64,000 nucleotides of DNA from an uncultured Candidatus Saccharibacteria bacterium (GCA_964515375.1 CAZERF010000001.1:115243-179242), one strand, 5' to 3'; positions 50,864-60,691 are shown, counted from the first letter of the stretch. Notes: generated by a model from the letters alone, not told the origin. Program-made: numbers and translations.

Positions 50864-51298
50864 TTAGATGCGGCGAGGCTTCTTGGCGCGGGGGCCATTA
50901 TGTGGCACAGGAGTCTTGTCTTTGATCGACTGCACTTCGACACCCTTTGCGATAAAAGCGCGGATAGGAGACTCACGTCCACTACCAACTCCACGCACAA
51001 CAGCATCGACGGACTTGAGTCCCATGAGTGTCGCCTTCTCCGCGAGCAATTCACCGATCTTTGCTGCAGCGAAAGGTGTCCCCTTCTTTGCTCCCGCAAA
51101 ACCGAGAGAACCCGAGGTGGACCACATCAACACTTTACCCTCGGCATCCGAAAGAGAAACGATGGTATTGTTGTATGTGGACTGAATATTCAAAACACCG
51201 TGCGTGATCTTCTTTTTTGGGACACGCGAAAGAGATCGCGCCTTAAGACCCTGATCTACCGATCCTCCCCCTTTCTTTACGATACGTTTCTTACCCAT
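50864..51298 (-). CDS. rpsK: 30S ribosomal protein S11
   Basis: ...GVLNIQSTYNNTIVSLSDAEGKVLMWSTSGSLGF... matches S11. Confidence 0.95.
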   Translation of the reverse strand: MGKKRIVKKGGGSVDQGLKARSLSRVPKKKITHGVLNIQSTYNNTIVSLSDAEGKVLMWSTSGSLGFAGAKKGTPFAAAKIGELLAEKATLMGLKSVDAVVRGVGSGRESPIRAFIAKGVEVQSIKDKTPVPHNGPRAKKPRRI

Positions 51299-51330
51299 TG
51301 TTCGTGCTTATCGTTAGTAATGAATCAAGA

Positions 51331-51711
51331 TTATTTCTTCTCGAGTTTGCGACGTCCGGAGCCCATCGTCTTGCGGACATTTCCTCGGACAGTGCGTGAA
51401 TTGGTTTTGGTGCGTTGACCGTGTGACGGGAGTCCTTTTGTGTGTCGTGATCCGCGGTAGGACTTGATATCCTTTAAGCGTTTGATGTTTGCTGCCTTTT
51501 CTCGTCGAAGATCTCCTTCGATCTTCATTGTCTCAACTTGCTTACGGATCTTCGCCTCATCATCTGCCGAAATATCTCCCGGTTTCTTTGTCTCAGGGAC
51601 ACCCGCTTCGTTGAGGATCTTGCGCGCTTTTGCAAAGCCAATACCATAGAAGACCGTGAGTCCGACCCAAAGTTGTTTATTTTCCGGAACAGTGATACCT
51701 AAGATACGCAT
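51331..51711 (-). CDS. rpsM: 30S ribosomal protein S13
   Basis: MRILGITVPENKQLWVGLTVFYGIGFAKARKIL matches S13. Confidence 0.95.
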   Translation of the reverse strand: MRILGITVPENKQLWVGLTVFYGIGFAKARKILNEAGVPETKKPGDISADDEAKIRKQVETMKIEGDLRREKAANIKRLKDIKSYRGSRHTKGLPSHGQRTKTNSRTVRGNVRKTMGSGRRKLEKK

Positions 51712-51730
51712 GATGGATGATTAGACTAAT

Positions 51731-51844
51731 TTATCCCTGCTTTTGCTTGTGGCGAGGGTTGGCACAGGTAACATAAAGATTTCCGCGGCGCCGCACGGAC
51801 TTGCACTTCGCACAGATTTTTTTGACAGATGCTCTTACGCGCAT
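51731..51844 (-). CDS. rpmJ: 50S ribosomal protein L36
   Basis: [37 protein letters not shown] is the 37-aa C3H zinc ribbon. The track ORF extends upstream to 51955, but L36 starts at the internal Met. Confidence 0.85.
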   Translation of the reverse strand: MRVRASVKKICAKCKSVRRRGNLYVTCANPRHKQKQG

Positions 51845-51905
51845 GGTGATAAAAGAAGGAGCAGTCCGACCGTTCGGGGTCGAACGAAACGAACGCAATG
51901 TATGC

Positions 51906-52124
51906 TTATAATCTTTTGACGATACGGAGCTTTCCTCCGTAAGGGTTATCCTCAAGTGCTACCTTGTCCCCGATGATGACCTTGATGCGATGAATACGCA
52001 TCTTTCCAGAGAGATAGGCAAGGAGTTCCTTTCCATCCTCTGTGGAGACGCGAAACATTGTATTGGGAAGCGCTTCGACGATCGTTCCGATCACGTGTGC
52101 TTCCTTTTGCTTTTCTTCATTCAT
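51906..52124 (-). CDS. infA: Translation initiation factor IF-1
   Basis: S1-like OB fold (...[33 protein letters not shown]...). I take the start at the internal Met (MNEEKQ...). Confidence 0.9.
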   Translation of the reverse strand: MNEEKQKEAHVIGTIVEALPNTMFRVSTEDGKELLAYLSGKMRIHRIKVIIGDKVALEDNPYGGKLRIVKRL

Positions 52125-52204
52125 TCTCAAAGTCGGTGATAGCATCCTAGCAAAAAGGTCATAATCGGTCAAGGCTTTCCTGTTGACAAACCCTCAAAGG
52201 GAGA

Positions 52205-53860
52205 TTATTCGGGGATCTCACGCACTATTTCAACAACAACATCCTTAGGGTCAGTTGGGTATGTATTCTTCCAAAATGGCCGAATTGTTGCCTTGACTCG
52301 CTCAACGTTTCGAAAATCATTGAACAAAAGTTTGAAATCTTTTTCCGCTCGTCCAAGAACAGCGTTCTTCATGATTGTTTCATCCACCTTCCAAACGATC
52401 TCCGGATTCCCTGATACTACGAACGGAATCTCGACGCTTTCCCAAAGCTCTTTTCCGGACATCTCGCCAAGTGTAAAGCGGAGAGCATCGATGTTTGTTA
52501 CTGCAACCGGTTCACCTTTGTAGGTTGGAATAACCGCACGCGCAATCGCACGCGCGAGTGCCTCTCGATCAAAAACAGGGAGATAGAGACTTCCCGTAGC
52601 GCGGACAACAGCGCGGTCATCTTCTGATGCGGTACTGGTTGAAAGAACTGCGTCTTGGATCTCGATAAGAAATGCTTTTTCGTATGTGACCTGAGAAGGC
52701 GAAATATCGCTGCGTGCTTTTGTGCGCAACTTTGTCTCGAGAGAGACTCGCAATTGCTCTTGTGCTGCACGCATCGCCTGATCAGAGACGATCTTTACTG
52801 TTCCCGATGCTCCTCCCGACAAGGCAGTCTTGGAGCGCGCATAGACTTTTGAGTATTGAGGAAGATCTTTTAGACCCGGAACGGTAAAATCGGTGGGCTG
52901 GCTGTTGTAATCCGGACCCGCCTCGTCGGCGTAGACGACAACTTCAAGAGTTCCGGGGGTAAGTTTTCCGGAAACCGTCCGTGCCTTCGGAACAACGATA
53001 GAGTCATTGATCCGGTATATCTTCCCTGTTGGACTTTGAAATCGAGTATTTTTTATGAGTCGCTGATCCGTTGTTTGCTCGTTATAGACAATGATCGTCC
53101 CCGAGGCCTTTGCGGTGACCGTTTTTGTTCCCGTCGCCATAACCTCAACAGAATCATCGAGTGTCACTTCCATAACAGAGAAACCGAGTGTGTCATCTGC
53201 CGGCTCCTTGTATGCGACAAGAGCGAGTTCTTCTTCGAGTTTGACCACTTCACTCTTCGGAATGACGAGCAGTGTTGTTTGAGCAAAGAAATTCGAAACA
53301 AAGACGAAGACAGCGATCAAAATGAGTGGTGTCACGAGCCACGGCAACCAGCTCTTGAGTGGGTTTCGTTCGGTGTTGTTTGAAGAGTGGGGAAAGTGTG
53401 GAGGAACAAAACGATCAGGGTCGACCTTGGGGGTGTCGGTTTTTTGATTGTAGGGCCATGTGCCTTCCGCATTTCGATCAGTCGTGGTGTTCTCGGAAGA
53501 GACGGAGGAGTGCGATTCCACCAATGATCCTCGCGCATGAGGAGAATCTTCGTAGAGATGTTCGAGAATCATTGCGCGGGGGTTTTCGGGGAGCATATCC
53601 TCGATCTCTGCAGCGTGGGGAGGCGGAATTTCCTTGCTTACTTCAGAAGGGGGCACGGGGGTTCCCTTTTCTTCTTTGTTGGGGATCGCCTTGGTCTTTG
53701 AGATTTCAGGCTCCTGTACATGATCCACGTGCTCCAAGGCATGCGTCGAGGCGGCACGACGTGTCGACTTCACTTCAGAAGTCCCTTGTTTCGCCCTGCG
53801 GCGTTCAGGAGGCACTATATCTTGGATCATGTATTTGGGCATATGGCGTTCGGAATTCAT
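52205..53860 (-). CDS. Hypothetical bitopic membrane protein of ~550 aa. It has a Pro-rich disordered cytoplasmic N-terminus, one TM helix (WLPWLVTPLILIAVFVFVSNFF), and a large extracytoplasmic domain.
   Basis: Long clean ORF. The track start at 53965 overlaps the upstream gene; the Met at ~53860 (MNSERHMPKYMIQ) avoids the overlap. No motif recognised. Confidence 0.5.
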   Translation of the reverse strand: MNSERHMPKYMIQDIVPPERRRAKQGTSEVKSTRRAASTHALEHVDHVQEPEISKTKAIPNKEEKGTPVPPSEVSKEIPPPHAAEIEDMLPENPRAMILEHLYEDSPHARGSLVESHSSVSSENTTTDRNAEGTWPYNQKTDTPKVDPDRFVPPHFPHSSNNTERNPLKSWLPWLVTPLILIAVFVFVSNFFAQTTLLVIPKSEVVKLEEELALVAYKEPADDTLGFSVMEVTLDDSVEVMATGTKTVTAKASGTIIVYNEQTTDQRLIKNTRFQSPTGKIYRINDSIVVPKARTVSGKLTPGTLEVVVYADEAGPDYNSQPTDFTVPGLKDLPQYSKVYARSKTALSGGASGTVKIVSDQAMRAAQEQLRVSLETKLRTKARSDISPSQVTYEKAFLIEIQDAVLSTSTASEDDRAVVRATGSLYLPVFDREALARAIARAVIPTYKGEPVAVTNIDALRFTLGEMSGKELWESVEIPFVVSGNPEIVWKVDETIMKNAVLGRAEKDFKLLFNDFRNVERVKATIRPFWKNTYPTDPKDVVVEIVREIPE

Positions 53861-53870
53861 CTGATAATGT

Positions 53871-55070
53871 TCACCACCGACGTTCGAGGCGAACGAATTT
53901 GTTTGCAAAAATAGTCTCGATGGCAAGGAATGGGTCTTGAAAGGCGGGTTCGAGCACCTGAACAAACTTAGTCAAAAAGGTGTTCCCCAATGCGCGAGTC
54001 ACAAAAACACCCTCTTCCTGAGAAAACTTTGTGAAATCCGTTTGACGCAATGTTTCTTCGAACCATTTCATCACGTCATCATCAACAGTATAAAATATAG
54101 TTCTTGGAATGGGAAATTCTGAGGCAAATTGAGTCAATGCGTCCTCAAAGAGCGAGAGCCATTCCCTTCCTGCGGTATCGAGCGCTTTCTTCACCTGCTG
54201 GGCATGTTCGCGCGTTGATTTGCCTTCCAAGTAGAGGTTGAGCTCCGAGGATGCGATATCCGGCGTTACCTCCATGACACTCATGAGCGCGCGGATCAAC
54301 ATATTTTTCCCCGCGGGAAATGTAATGGACTCGAGGAGTACATTATCCTTCGCAAGAGAGATGTCCGTCACTTCGCCGGAGATATCCATGAAAAGGAGGC
54401 TTGTCTCTTCGGTAAAAATATCGCGGATCACATCAAAGGTCGTGAAGGAAAATGAGGAGAAGTGCACATCAGGAACGTGCCAGAATTTGCGGATCGATTC
54501 ATTGATCGAACGGTAGATGTTGGCCGGGATCATGCTGATATAGAGAGCGATCTCGAGTTCGCTCGTCTTTTTTCCAAATGGGTTTCGTACCTCATAACCA
54601 TTCAGCTTCATCTGAATATTTTTTGATTCCATGATTTCGGGCGGGATGTCCCCCACCTTCGATCGGACAAAAAGTTTTGACTCACGAAAGAGATCGATCT
54701 CTTTTTGGATCAACTTGGAGAGACCTTTTTCCGTGACCGTGAAAGGGTCTTTTTGGTCATAGTGCACCAATCGGGTCTGAGACGCGTACCATGGGCTAGC
54801 AAGGACGCAAAAAGCGCGATCAACGCGCACACCTCCTCCCGCCTTCTGCATCACAAGAAACATCTCTTCCAATGTCTTGATCATTGAATCAAGAAAACGT
54901 TGGAAATTGAGTTTTTCTTGGAAAGGAATGTCTCGGCGGGTCGTAAAGATGATTTCGGGATTCTTTCCGCGTTCAATACGCACAAAAGCACCTCCGATCG
55001 ACGCGGAACCAATATCAAAAACGATGACAAAATGCTGACCGCTCTTTGCACTGCGGCGGAAAAGACTCAT
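53871..55070 (-). CDS. Actin-like ATPase (ASKHA superfamily) protein, PilM/FtsA-like
   Basis: Phosphate-1-like motif FVIVFDIGSASIGGAF near the N-terminus and phosphate-2-like motif LLFMDISGEVTDISL at about residue 225. 399 aa. Confidence 0.5.
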   Translation of the reverse strand: MSLFRRSAKSGQHFVIVFDIGSASIGGAFVRIERGKNPEIIFTTRRDIPFQEKLNFQRFLDSMIKTLEEMFLVMQKAGGGVRVDRAFCVLASPWYASQTRLVHYDQKDPFTVTEKGLSKLIQKEIDLFRESKLFVRSKVGDIPPEIMESKNIQMKLNGYEVRNPFGKKTSELEIALYISMIPANIYRSINESIRKFWHVPDVHFSSFSFTTFDVIRDIFTEETSLLFMDISGEVTDISLAKDNVLLESITFPAGKNMLIRALMSVMEVTPDIASSELNLYLEGKSTREHAQQVKKALDTAGREWLSLFEDALTQFASEFPIPRTIFYTVDDDVMKWFEETLRQTDFTKFSQEEGVFVTRALGNTFLTKFVQVLEPAFQDPFLAIETIFANKFVRLERRW

Positions 55071-55123
55071 ACTCTTTTATTGTACCACGCAAGCACAATA
55101 GTGAGAAAGTGTACAACCGGTAT

Positions 55124-57007
55124 CTATTTGACGAGGACTGCCTTGATACGGCGGATGCCTTGCGCGACCGCCTCTTCTTTTTGAATGACAAACCGACCGA
55201 GCTCACTCGTGTTCATTACATGGGGACCTCCACAGAACTCGATCGAGAATCGCTCATCAAATCGCGGATCTTCCGGAGTTGCATTTTTGGGACCAACCGA
55301 GTAAACCGAAACACGTTCGGGATATTTTGCGCCAAATTCATGTTCCGCGCCCAGCGTTTCGGCCTCCTCGCGAGACATTTCGGTGCGAAGAACAGGAAGC
55401 GCCTCGGTGATCTTTTCGTTCACAATACGCTCAACCTCCTTCTTTTGTTCATCCGTCATCTTTTGCGGGTAGGCAAAGTCGATACGCAAACGCTCGGAAG
55501 TAATGTTCGATCCGCGTTGATGCACCTCGGGACCAAGCACGATCTGAAGCGCGCGAAGCAAGAGATGGTGTGCCGTGTGGAGCCGCACAGTCTCGGGTGA
55601 ATGGTCAGCAAGACCTCCTTTAAACTTTTGTTCAGAACCTGACCGTGAAAGGTCTTGGTGTTTTTTGAGTTCTTCGGTGAAAAGTTGCGTGAAGTGTACG
55701 GAGACATCTTCGGGGATACTTTTGCCGCCGTGCTCGATCCGCAGACGGTTGATCTCCTCAAAGCTCATCTCTACAGGGAAACCGTGTGTTTGATAGAGGT
55801 CAAAAAGGGTCTTGGCGTCCAAGGAAAATTCTTTCTTTTCCCCCTCAAAATGCTCGAACAATTTTTCGATCTCGCGTATTCCACTTTCAAGTGTTTTGGC
55901 AAATCGCGTCTCTTCTTCCGCGATCACTTCCTTGATACGCGCGAGGTCGTTCGTAATGTTCTCATAAACACCATTGTACTTCTCCGCAAACAGATCGAGG
56001 ATCGGTGCAAAACCCGAAGAGAGTCCGATCGCGCGTGCATAGCGTACCGCACGACGAAGGAGGCGGCGGAGGATATACCCCTGATCGGTGTTCGACGGTG
56101 CAACTCCGTCACCGATCAAGAACATCGCGGTGCGAAGATGGTCGGCAATGATACGCGCCGAGCGTTCCTCGTAGGTGGTCGCATCGCGCTTGAGGTGTCC
56201 CATGACATCGGCAAAGAGGTCGGTCGCGAAGATATTGTTCTTCCCCTGCACGACCATGACCACGCGTTCAAGTCCGCTTCCGGTGTCGACGTTCTGTTTG
56301 TCGAGTTTGCCAACGACCTTGCCGTCTTTCTTCAAGTATTCCATGAAGACATCGTTCCAGATCTCAACGACCTCCTGACGATCGTCTGCGGCCATATATT
56401 CCTCTTTGGTCATTCCTTCGGTCAGCTTTCCTGTTACGTCGTAGAACATTTCAGAGTCCGGACCACACGGTCCATTGTCGCCCGGGCTCCACCAGTTGGG
56501 CTCCTTGCCGCTTGGAGTTGCGGTCATGAAGTAGATGCGTTCTCCCTTCACTCCAGCTTTTTCAAACAATTCTTTCCATATCGCGTAGGATATTTCGTCC
56601 TTCGGGGCATCGACATTGCCGCCAAAGACGGTGACATAAAGGCGACTTGGGTCGAGACCAAGTCCTTCACCCTTCGAGGTCAAAAATTCAAAACTCCACG
56701 TGATCGCGTCTTTCTTGAAGTAATCCCCGAGCGACCAATTGCCGAGCATTTCGAAGAATGTCGCGTGAGTATTGTCGCCAATCTCTTCAATGTCCACCGT
56801 GCGGACACATTTCTGGGAATCGGCAAGTCGTGTTCCTTCGGGGTGCGGTTCCCCCAAAAGGTACGGAACCAAAGGTTGCATTCCTGCGGTATTGAAGAGT
56901 ACTGACGGATCATTGAGTGGCACCAAGGAGGCGCTCGGAATGATCGCATGTCCACGCGCGGCAAAAAATCGTAGAAAACGTGTTCGAATTTCGTTTGAGG
57001 TCAACAT
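55124..57007 (-). CDS. alaS: Alanyl-tRNA synthetase, short form lacking the C-terminal C-Ala domain
   Basis: N-terminal catalytic domain (FLRFFAARGH..., FNTAGMQ), a tRNA-recognition domain, and an editing domain with HHLLLRAL...FCGGPHV. The ORF ends after the editing domain at 627 aa. Confidence 0.9.
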   Translation of the reverse strand: MLTSNEIRTRFLRFFAARGHAIIPSASLVPLNDPSVLFNTAGMQPLVPYLLGEPHPEGTRLADSQKCVRTVDIEEIGDNTHATFFEMLGNWSLGDYFKKDAITWSFEFLTSKGEGLGLDPSRLYVTVFGGNVDAPKDEISYAIWKELFEKAGVKGERIYFMTATPSGKEPNWWSPGDNGPCGPDSEMFYDVTGKLTEGMTKEEYMAADDRQEVVEIWNDVFMEYLKKDGKVVGKLDKQNVDTGSGLERVVMVVQGKNNIFATDLFADVMGHLKRDATTYEERSARIIADHLRTAMFLIGDGVAPSNTDQGYILRRLLRRAVRYARAIGLSSGFAPILDLFAEKYNGVYENITNDLARIKEVIAEEETRFAKTLESGIREIEKLFEHFEGEKKEFSLDAKTLFDLYQTHGFPVEMSFEEINRLRIEHGGKSIPEDVSVHFTQLFTEELKKHQDLSRSGSEQKFKGGLADHSPETVRLHTAHHLLLRALQIVLGPEVHQRGSNITSERLRIDFAYPQKMTDEQKKEVERIVNEKITEALPVLRTEMSREEAETLGAEHEFGAKYPERVSVYSVGPKNATPEDPRFDERFSIEFCGGPHVMNTSELGRFVIQKEEAVAQGIRRIKAVLVK

Positions 57008-57054
57008 ATCAGGGCATTATAATGATTCAGTAAAATTACGCAAAGAGATATCGG

Positions 57055-57600
57055 TCACCCTCGCAAGGTCTTGACCTCGTTCCCGTCAAATTCAATGAGC
57101 GTAGAGGGCGGTCCTTCCAACGTTCCGCCGTCAACATAAAATTCCGCATCGCTACCAAAATACGCGCGAGCTTCCTCGACGCTCGTCGCAGGAGGTCGAC
57201 CTTCAGGGTTGGCCGACGGAGCAACGAGAGGACCGGCAGATGAGATGAGTTCGCGAAGCTGCTCATTATCGGGGAAACGAAAGGCGATCGTATCGTGCCC
57301 ACGGGAAAGATATTCAAACTGATCGTCGATGATCGGAAGGACGACAGAATAAGGTCCCGGCCAATATGTACGCAACCGTGCTTCGAGTGCTTGTGAAAGT
57401 TCTACCCCAAAAGACTCGAGGGTACTTATGTCATTAATAAGCACAATAAGCGGTTTTGTGGGATTGCGCTGCTTGAGAAAATAGATCCGCTCAACCGCAT
57501 CGGGATCCAGCGCAGAACCGATCAGTCCGTAGAGCGTGTCAGTCGGGAACACGCCAACCGCGCCTTGTGTGATCATTGTCGCGATCTCTTCGTTATCCAT
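57055..57600 (-). CDS. tsaC: L-threonylcarbamoyladenylate synthase (TsaC/YrdC family)
   Basis: YrdC fold motifs (...VFPTDTLYGLIG..., KQRNPTKPLIVLI). The track ORF extends to 57759 across pyrH, and the Met at 57600 is the likely start. Confidence 0.8.
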   Translation of the reverse strand: MDNEEIATMITQGAVGVFPTDTLYGLIGSALDPDAVERIYFLKQRNPTKPLIVLINDISTLESFGVELSQALEARLRTYWPGPYSVVLPIIDDQFEYLSRGHDTIAFRFPDNEQLRELISSAGPLVAPSANPEGRPPATSVEEARAYFGSDAEFYVDGGTLEGPPSTLIEFDGNEVKTLRG

Positions 57601-57613
57601 AGAAGTATGAAGG

Positions 57614-58315
57614 TTATGGGGTAATGATCGAACCGACTTCCGGCAATAGTGCCCGAGAGATATCATTGACGCTAACGATCTTGATCGGAAGCCCATGCTC
57701 TTTGGCGAGCGCAATCGCCGACTGATCGGCAACCTTAAGGTCTTTTTCAAGCACTTCACCGGCGCTTATTGTCCGAATAAGCGTAGCGGATGTGTCAGTG
57801 TCGGGATCTGAAGTATAAAGACCATCAACACCGTTCTTTGCCATGATGACCATCTCGGCGTCGATCTCAAGCGCACGCTGAACAGAAGTTGAATCTGTTG
57901 TGAAATATGGCGCACCAAGCCCCGCGGCAAAGATGATCACTCTCCCCTTCTCGAGATGTCGTTCTGCGCGCTTGGGAATATAGGCCTCGCAGATCTGTGC
58001 CATGGTGATCGCCGACGAGACCCGCGTCTCGATGCCCTTGCTCTCAAAGTAATCGCGGAGCACAAGTGCATTCTGTACGGTTGCGAGCATGCCAATATAG
58101 TCAGCGGTGGGACGAAGGATCGCAAGCTCTCCCGTCAATTCATGTCCGCGAAAAAGATTTCCTCCTCCCACAACAAGCGCAACCTGATGACCTTTCTTGA
58201 GGAGCTGCTTGATCTCACTCGCGATCATTTCAAGCGTTGGTTCGTTGTACTTGCGTCCATTCGCAAGCTCGTCACCCCGAAGGCTCTCCCCGGAAAGTTT
58301 GATGAGTAGTTTCAT
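57614..58315 (-). CDS. pyrH: UMP kinase
   Basis: MKLLIKLSGESL...VALVVGGGNLFRG is the amino-acid-kinase-fold signature of PyrH. Confidence 0.95.
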   Translation of the reverse strand: MKLLIKLSGESLRGDELANGRKYNEPTLEMIASEIKQLLKKGHQVALVVGGGNLFRGHELTGELAILRPTADYIGMLATVQNALVLRDYFESKGIETRVSSAITMAQICEAYIPKRAERHLEKGRVIIFAAGLGAPYFTTDSTSVQRALEIDAEMVIMAKNGVDGLYTSDPDTDTSATLIRTISAGEVLEKDLKVADQSAIALAKEHGLPIKIVSVNDISRALLPEVGSIITP

Positions 58316-58345
58316 GGAGAAGAGTATATCACGGAAGCTTCGATG

Positions 58346-59815
58346 TCAGAAAGAAGAAAGACCGGTTGCCTCCATGATGCGATAAACCGAGAATTTCCAA
58401 AACGTACGGTCTTTATAAGTCTCATAATCGGTCGTAAAGACACCGCCTTCATTGGCCCACAAGCGTTCGAAGTGCTCATGTGCATCCGTCCACGCAGTGA
58501 ATGTATTATCGCCTTCGACAAGAACGTTTGCTTCGAGATTGAACCCACCAATGTTGCGCCGAGTGAAGTTCGCGGATCCAAGCATGAGAAAAGTGCTGGA
58601 CGCGGTTTTTCCGAGAAGCATCTTTCCGTGACACTGTTCCCCATTCGTCGCGCACCAGCGAACGGAAATATCGCCGCCGGTTCGCTTCACGAGTTCTTTC
58701 GCGACGGGACGATTAGGAATGCCGTTCTTCTCATGACCAAAAGCGTCTTTGTTTGGATCGAGAATAAGACGCACCACAACACCACGCTTTGTCGCGTCGA
58801 CGAGCGCCCGGATCACCTTGCGATCAGAGAGATAAAACATCTCGATGTCGAGTGTGTCTTCATTCTTCATATTCTCGATCAAGGCAACTGCACTGTCTCG
58901 GATCTCTCGTTCTTTCAAGAACGAAGCCTGAAGAGTCCCCGTCGCATGTTCCAAAATATCCTTACCAAAATTCGGGAGCCCTGCGCCCGACAATGCTGCG
59001 ATCGCAGTTTCACTCTGCAAGGCATCTTGCCATATCCCCGCGTCAACCTTGAGCGCAACATTGCTGTGCGCACTTGAGCCATCATGAGGATTGGACGAGG
59101 TTACGATCGTGGTCATCCGTCGTCCGGTCTCTTTCCCTTGAACAACGATCGGCTCGTCGGCAACGATCAATTTGCGATGATTGGCCTTGAAATTAAGGAG
59201 CGTGAACCAACTGCGCAGGGTCACACTCTCTCCCCTATACTGAAAGGGGTGCGGAAGTCGTCCTCCAGTTGTGTCGTTTTCCCAAAGCGCGATGAATGGC
59301 CTCCAAAACGCGCTCCATGTTAAATTACTGTCACGAAGTTGCCGTAGGTCGGTCGTCACAACAAAGATCCCTGCAGTACGAAACTCTTCAAACAAAGGAG
59401 AAAGTGCGCCACCATAGACAGTATTGATCGGGTCCGTGATCACGGCGACAGGAACATGAGGGGAGTCTGCGCGCTTCTCAAGCAGAGCATCCCCGAACTC
59501 TCGTGAGAGCGCGCGTGTTGTTTCAGGTTTTGCCCCCTGAAAATCATTGAAAAGAAACATATCGAGCACGATCGCGTGTTCCGCCTTTGTGATCGTTTGA
59601 AATATCGCATCCCAGATCTCTTGCCGCACCACTCGGGTGCCAGTTGTGTTAATAAATGTTTCGTCGGCGAGAAAGTGCACTTCTCCGTCCGAAACACGAT
59701 GGATCGTCGGAGTGAAAGTAAGCGACTCAGGAATCGGTCTCGACCATTGGTAGGCAAAGACGAACACATAGACAACAAGTATGAATCGGAATATCTTTCC
59801 AGAAAGAAATTTCAT
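58346..59815 (-). CDS. Phospholipase D-family protein (cardiolipin synthase-like), two HKD motifs
   Basis: N-terminal TM helix. First HKD is NHRKLIVAD and second is CHGKMLL...GSANFTRRN. Confidence 0.8.
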   Translation of the reverse strand: MKFLSGKIFRFILVVYVFVFAYQWSRPIPESLTFTPTIHRVSDGEVHFLADETFINTTGTRVVRQEIWDAIFQTITKAEHAIVLDMFLFNDFQGAKPETTRALSREFGDALLEKRADSPHVPVAVITDPINTVYGGALSPLFEEFRTAGIFVVTTDLRQLRDSNLTWSAFWRPFIALWENDTTGGRLPHPFQYRGESVTLRSWFTLLNFKANHRKLIVADEPIVVQGKETGRRMTTIVTSSNPHDGSSAHSNVALKVDAGIWQDALQSETAIAALSGAGLPNFGKDILEHATGTLQASFLKEREIRDSAVALIENMKNEDTLDIEMFYLSDRKVIRALVDATKRGVVVRLILDPNKDAFGHEKNGIPNRPVAKELVKRTGGDISVRWCATNGEQCHGKMLLGKTASSTFLMLGSANFTRRNIGGFNLEANVLVEGDNTFTAWTDAHEHFERLWANEGGVFTTDYETYKDRTFWKFSVYRIMEATGLSSF

Positions 59816-59824
59816 AGTTTTAAA

Positions 59825-60691
59825 CTAAAGGCGCAAGGTTTGTAGATGTGAACGGAACGCCGGGCCGATATCAGGGCGTGCGAGTGCGTATTGCAACATT
59901 GCCTTAAGATAGTTGAGCGGATCCCCTGTTGTAAGCCACTGTCCGTCGGTCACCTCTTCGACCATAAAAGTGCCACCCTTTGCGACATATGCACTGATCG
60001 CGTCGGTGATCCAAAGCTCGTTCCCCTTGCCGAGTTTTGTTTTCTTGAGAATCTCAACGATTTCGGGGGTAAGGATCATGCGTCCAAACTGAGCAAGTTG
60101 TGAGGGCGCGGTGCCGACCGCAGGTTTTTCAACCACGCTCTCCATTTGACGAGTCCCTCGTTTTAGCTTGACGATACCATAGCGATCAACTTCTTTCTTG
60201 GGGACCTTCTGAACTCCGATGACCGGTGCTCCGTTCGCGTTGTAATTTTCGATGAGTTTTTTGGTGAAAGGTGTTTTGGAAAGCACGAGATCATCACCCC
60301 ACGCGAACACAAAGGGTTGATCGTGGAGCACATGAGAAGCAGAGAGAACCGGTGTGCCGTTTCCGTAGGGACCCTTTTGTCGAATGTAGACAAAATTCGC
60401 CATCTTTGAGATATCTTTGATGCTCTTCAATATCTGATGCTTCCCTGCTTTTGCAAGAGAATGCTCAAGCTCAAAAGAGCGATCAAAATGATCTTCGAGT
60501 GTCTTTTTGTCCCATTTGGTCACCAAGATGATATTCTCGATTCCTGATCCGACCATTTCTTCAACAACGTACTGAATGATTGGCTTATCGACAATGGGGA
60601 GCATCTCTTTCGGTTGAACCTTTGTTGCCGGCAAAAAACGCGTCCCACTTCCCGCAACCGCGATCACCGCAGTCTTAACCTTCTTGGTCAT
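59825..60691 (-). CDS. galU: UTP--glucose-1-phosphate uridylyltransferase
   Basis: AVIAVAGSGTRFLPATKVQPKEMLPIVDKP is the GalU N-terminal nucleotide-binding motif. I take the start as MTKKVKT. Confidence 0.9.
   Translation of the reverse strand: MTKKVKTAVIAVAGSGTRFLPATKVQPKEMLPIVDKPIIQYVVEEMVGSGIENIILVTKWDKKTLEDHFDRSFELEHSLAKAGKHQILKSIKDISKMANFVYIRQKGPYGNGTPVLSASHVLHDQPFVFAWGDDLVLSKTPFTKKLIENYNANGAPVIGVQKVPKKEVDRYGIVKLKRGTRQMESVVEKPAVGTAPSQLAQFGRMILTPEIVEILKKTKLGKGNELWITDAISAYVAKGGTFMVEEVTDGQWLTTGDPLNYLKAMLQYALARPDIGPAFRSHLQTLRL

Noticed and set aside
55655-56905. 416-aa antisense ORF opposite alaS
   Set aside because: No motifs, and it sits inside a conserved aaRS gene.
58343-59077. 244-aa antisense ORF opposite the PLD-family gene
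   Set aside because: No motifs. The HKD motifs define the coding frame on the minus strand.
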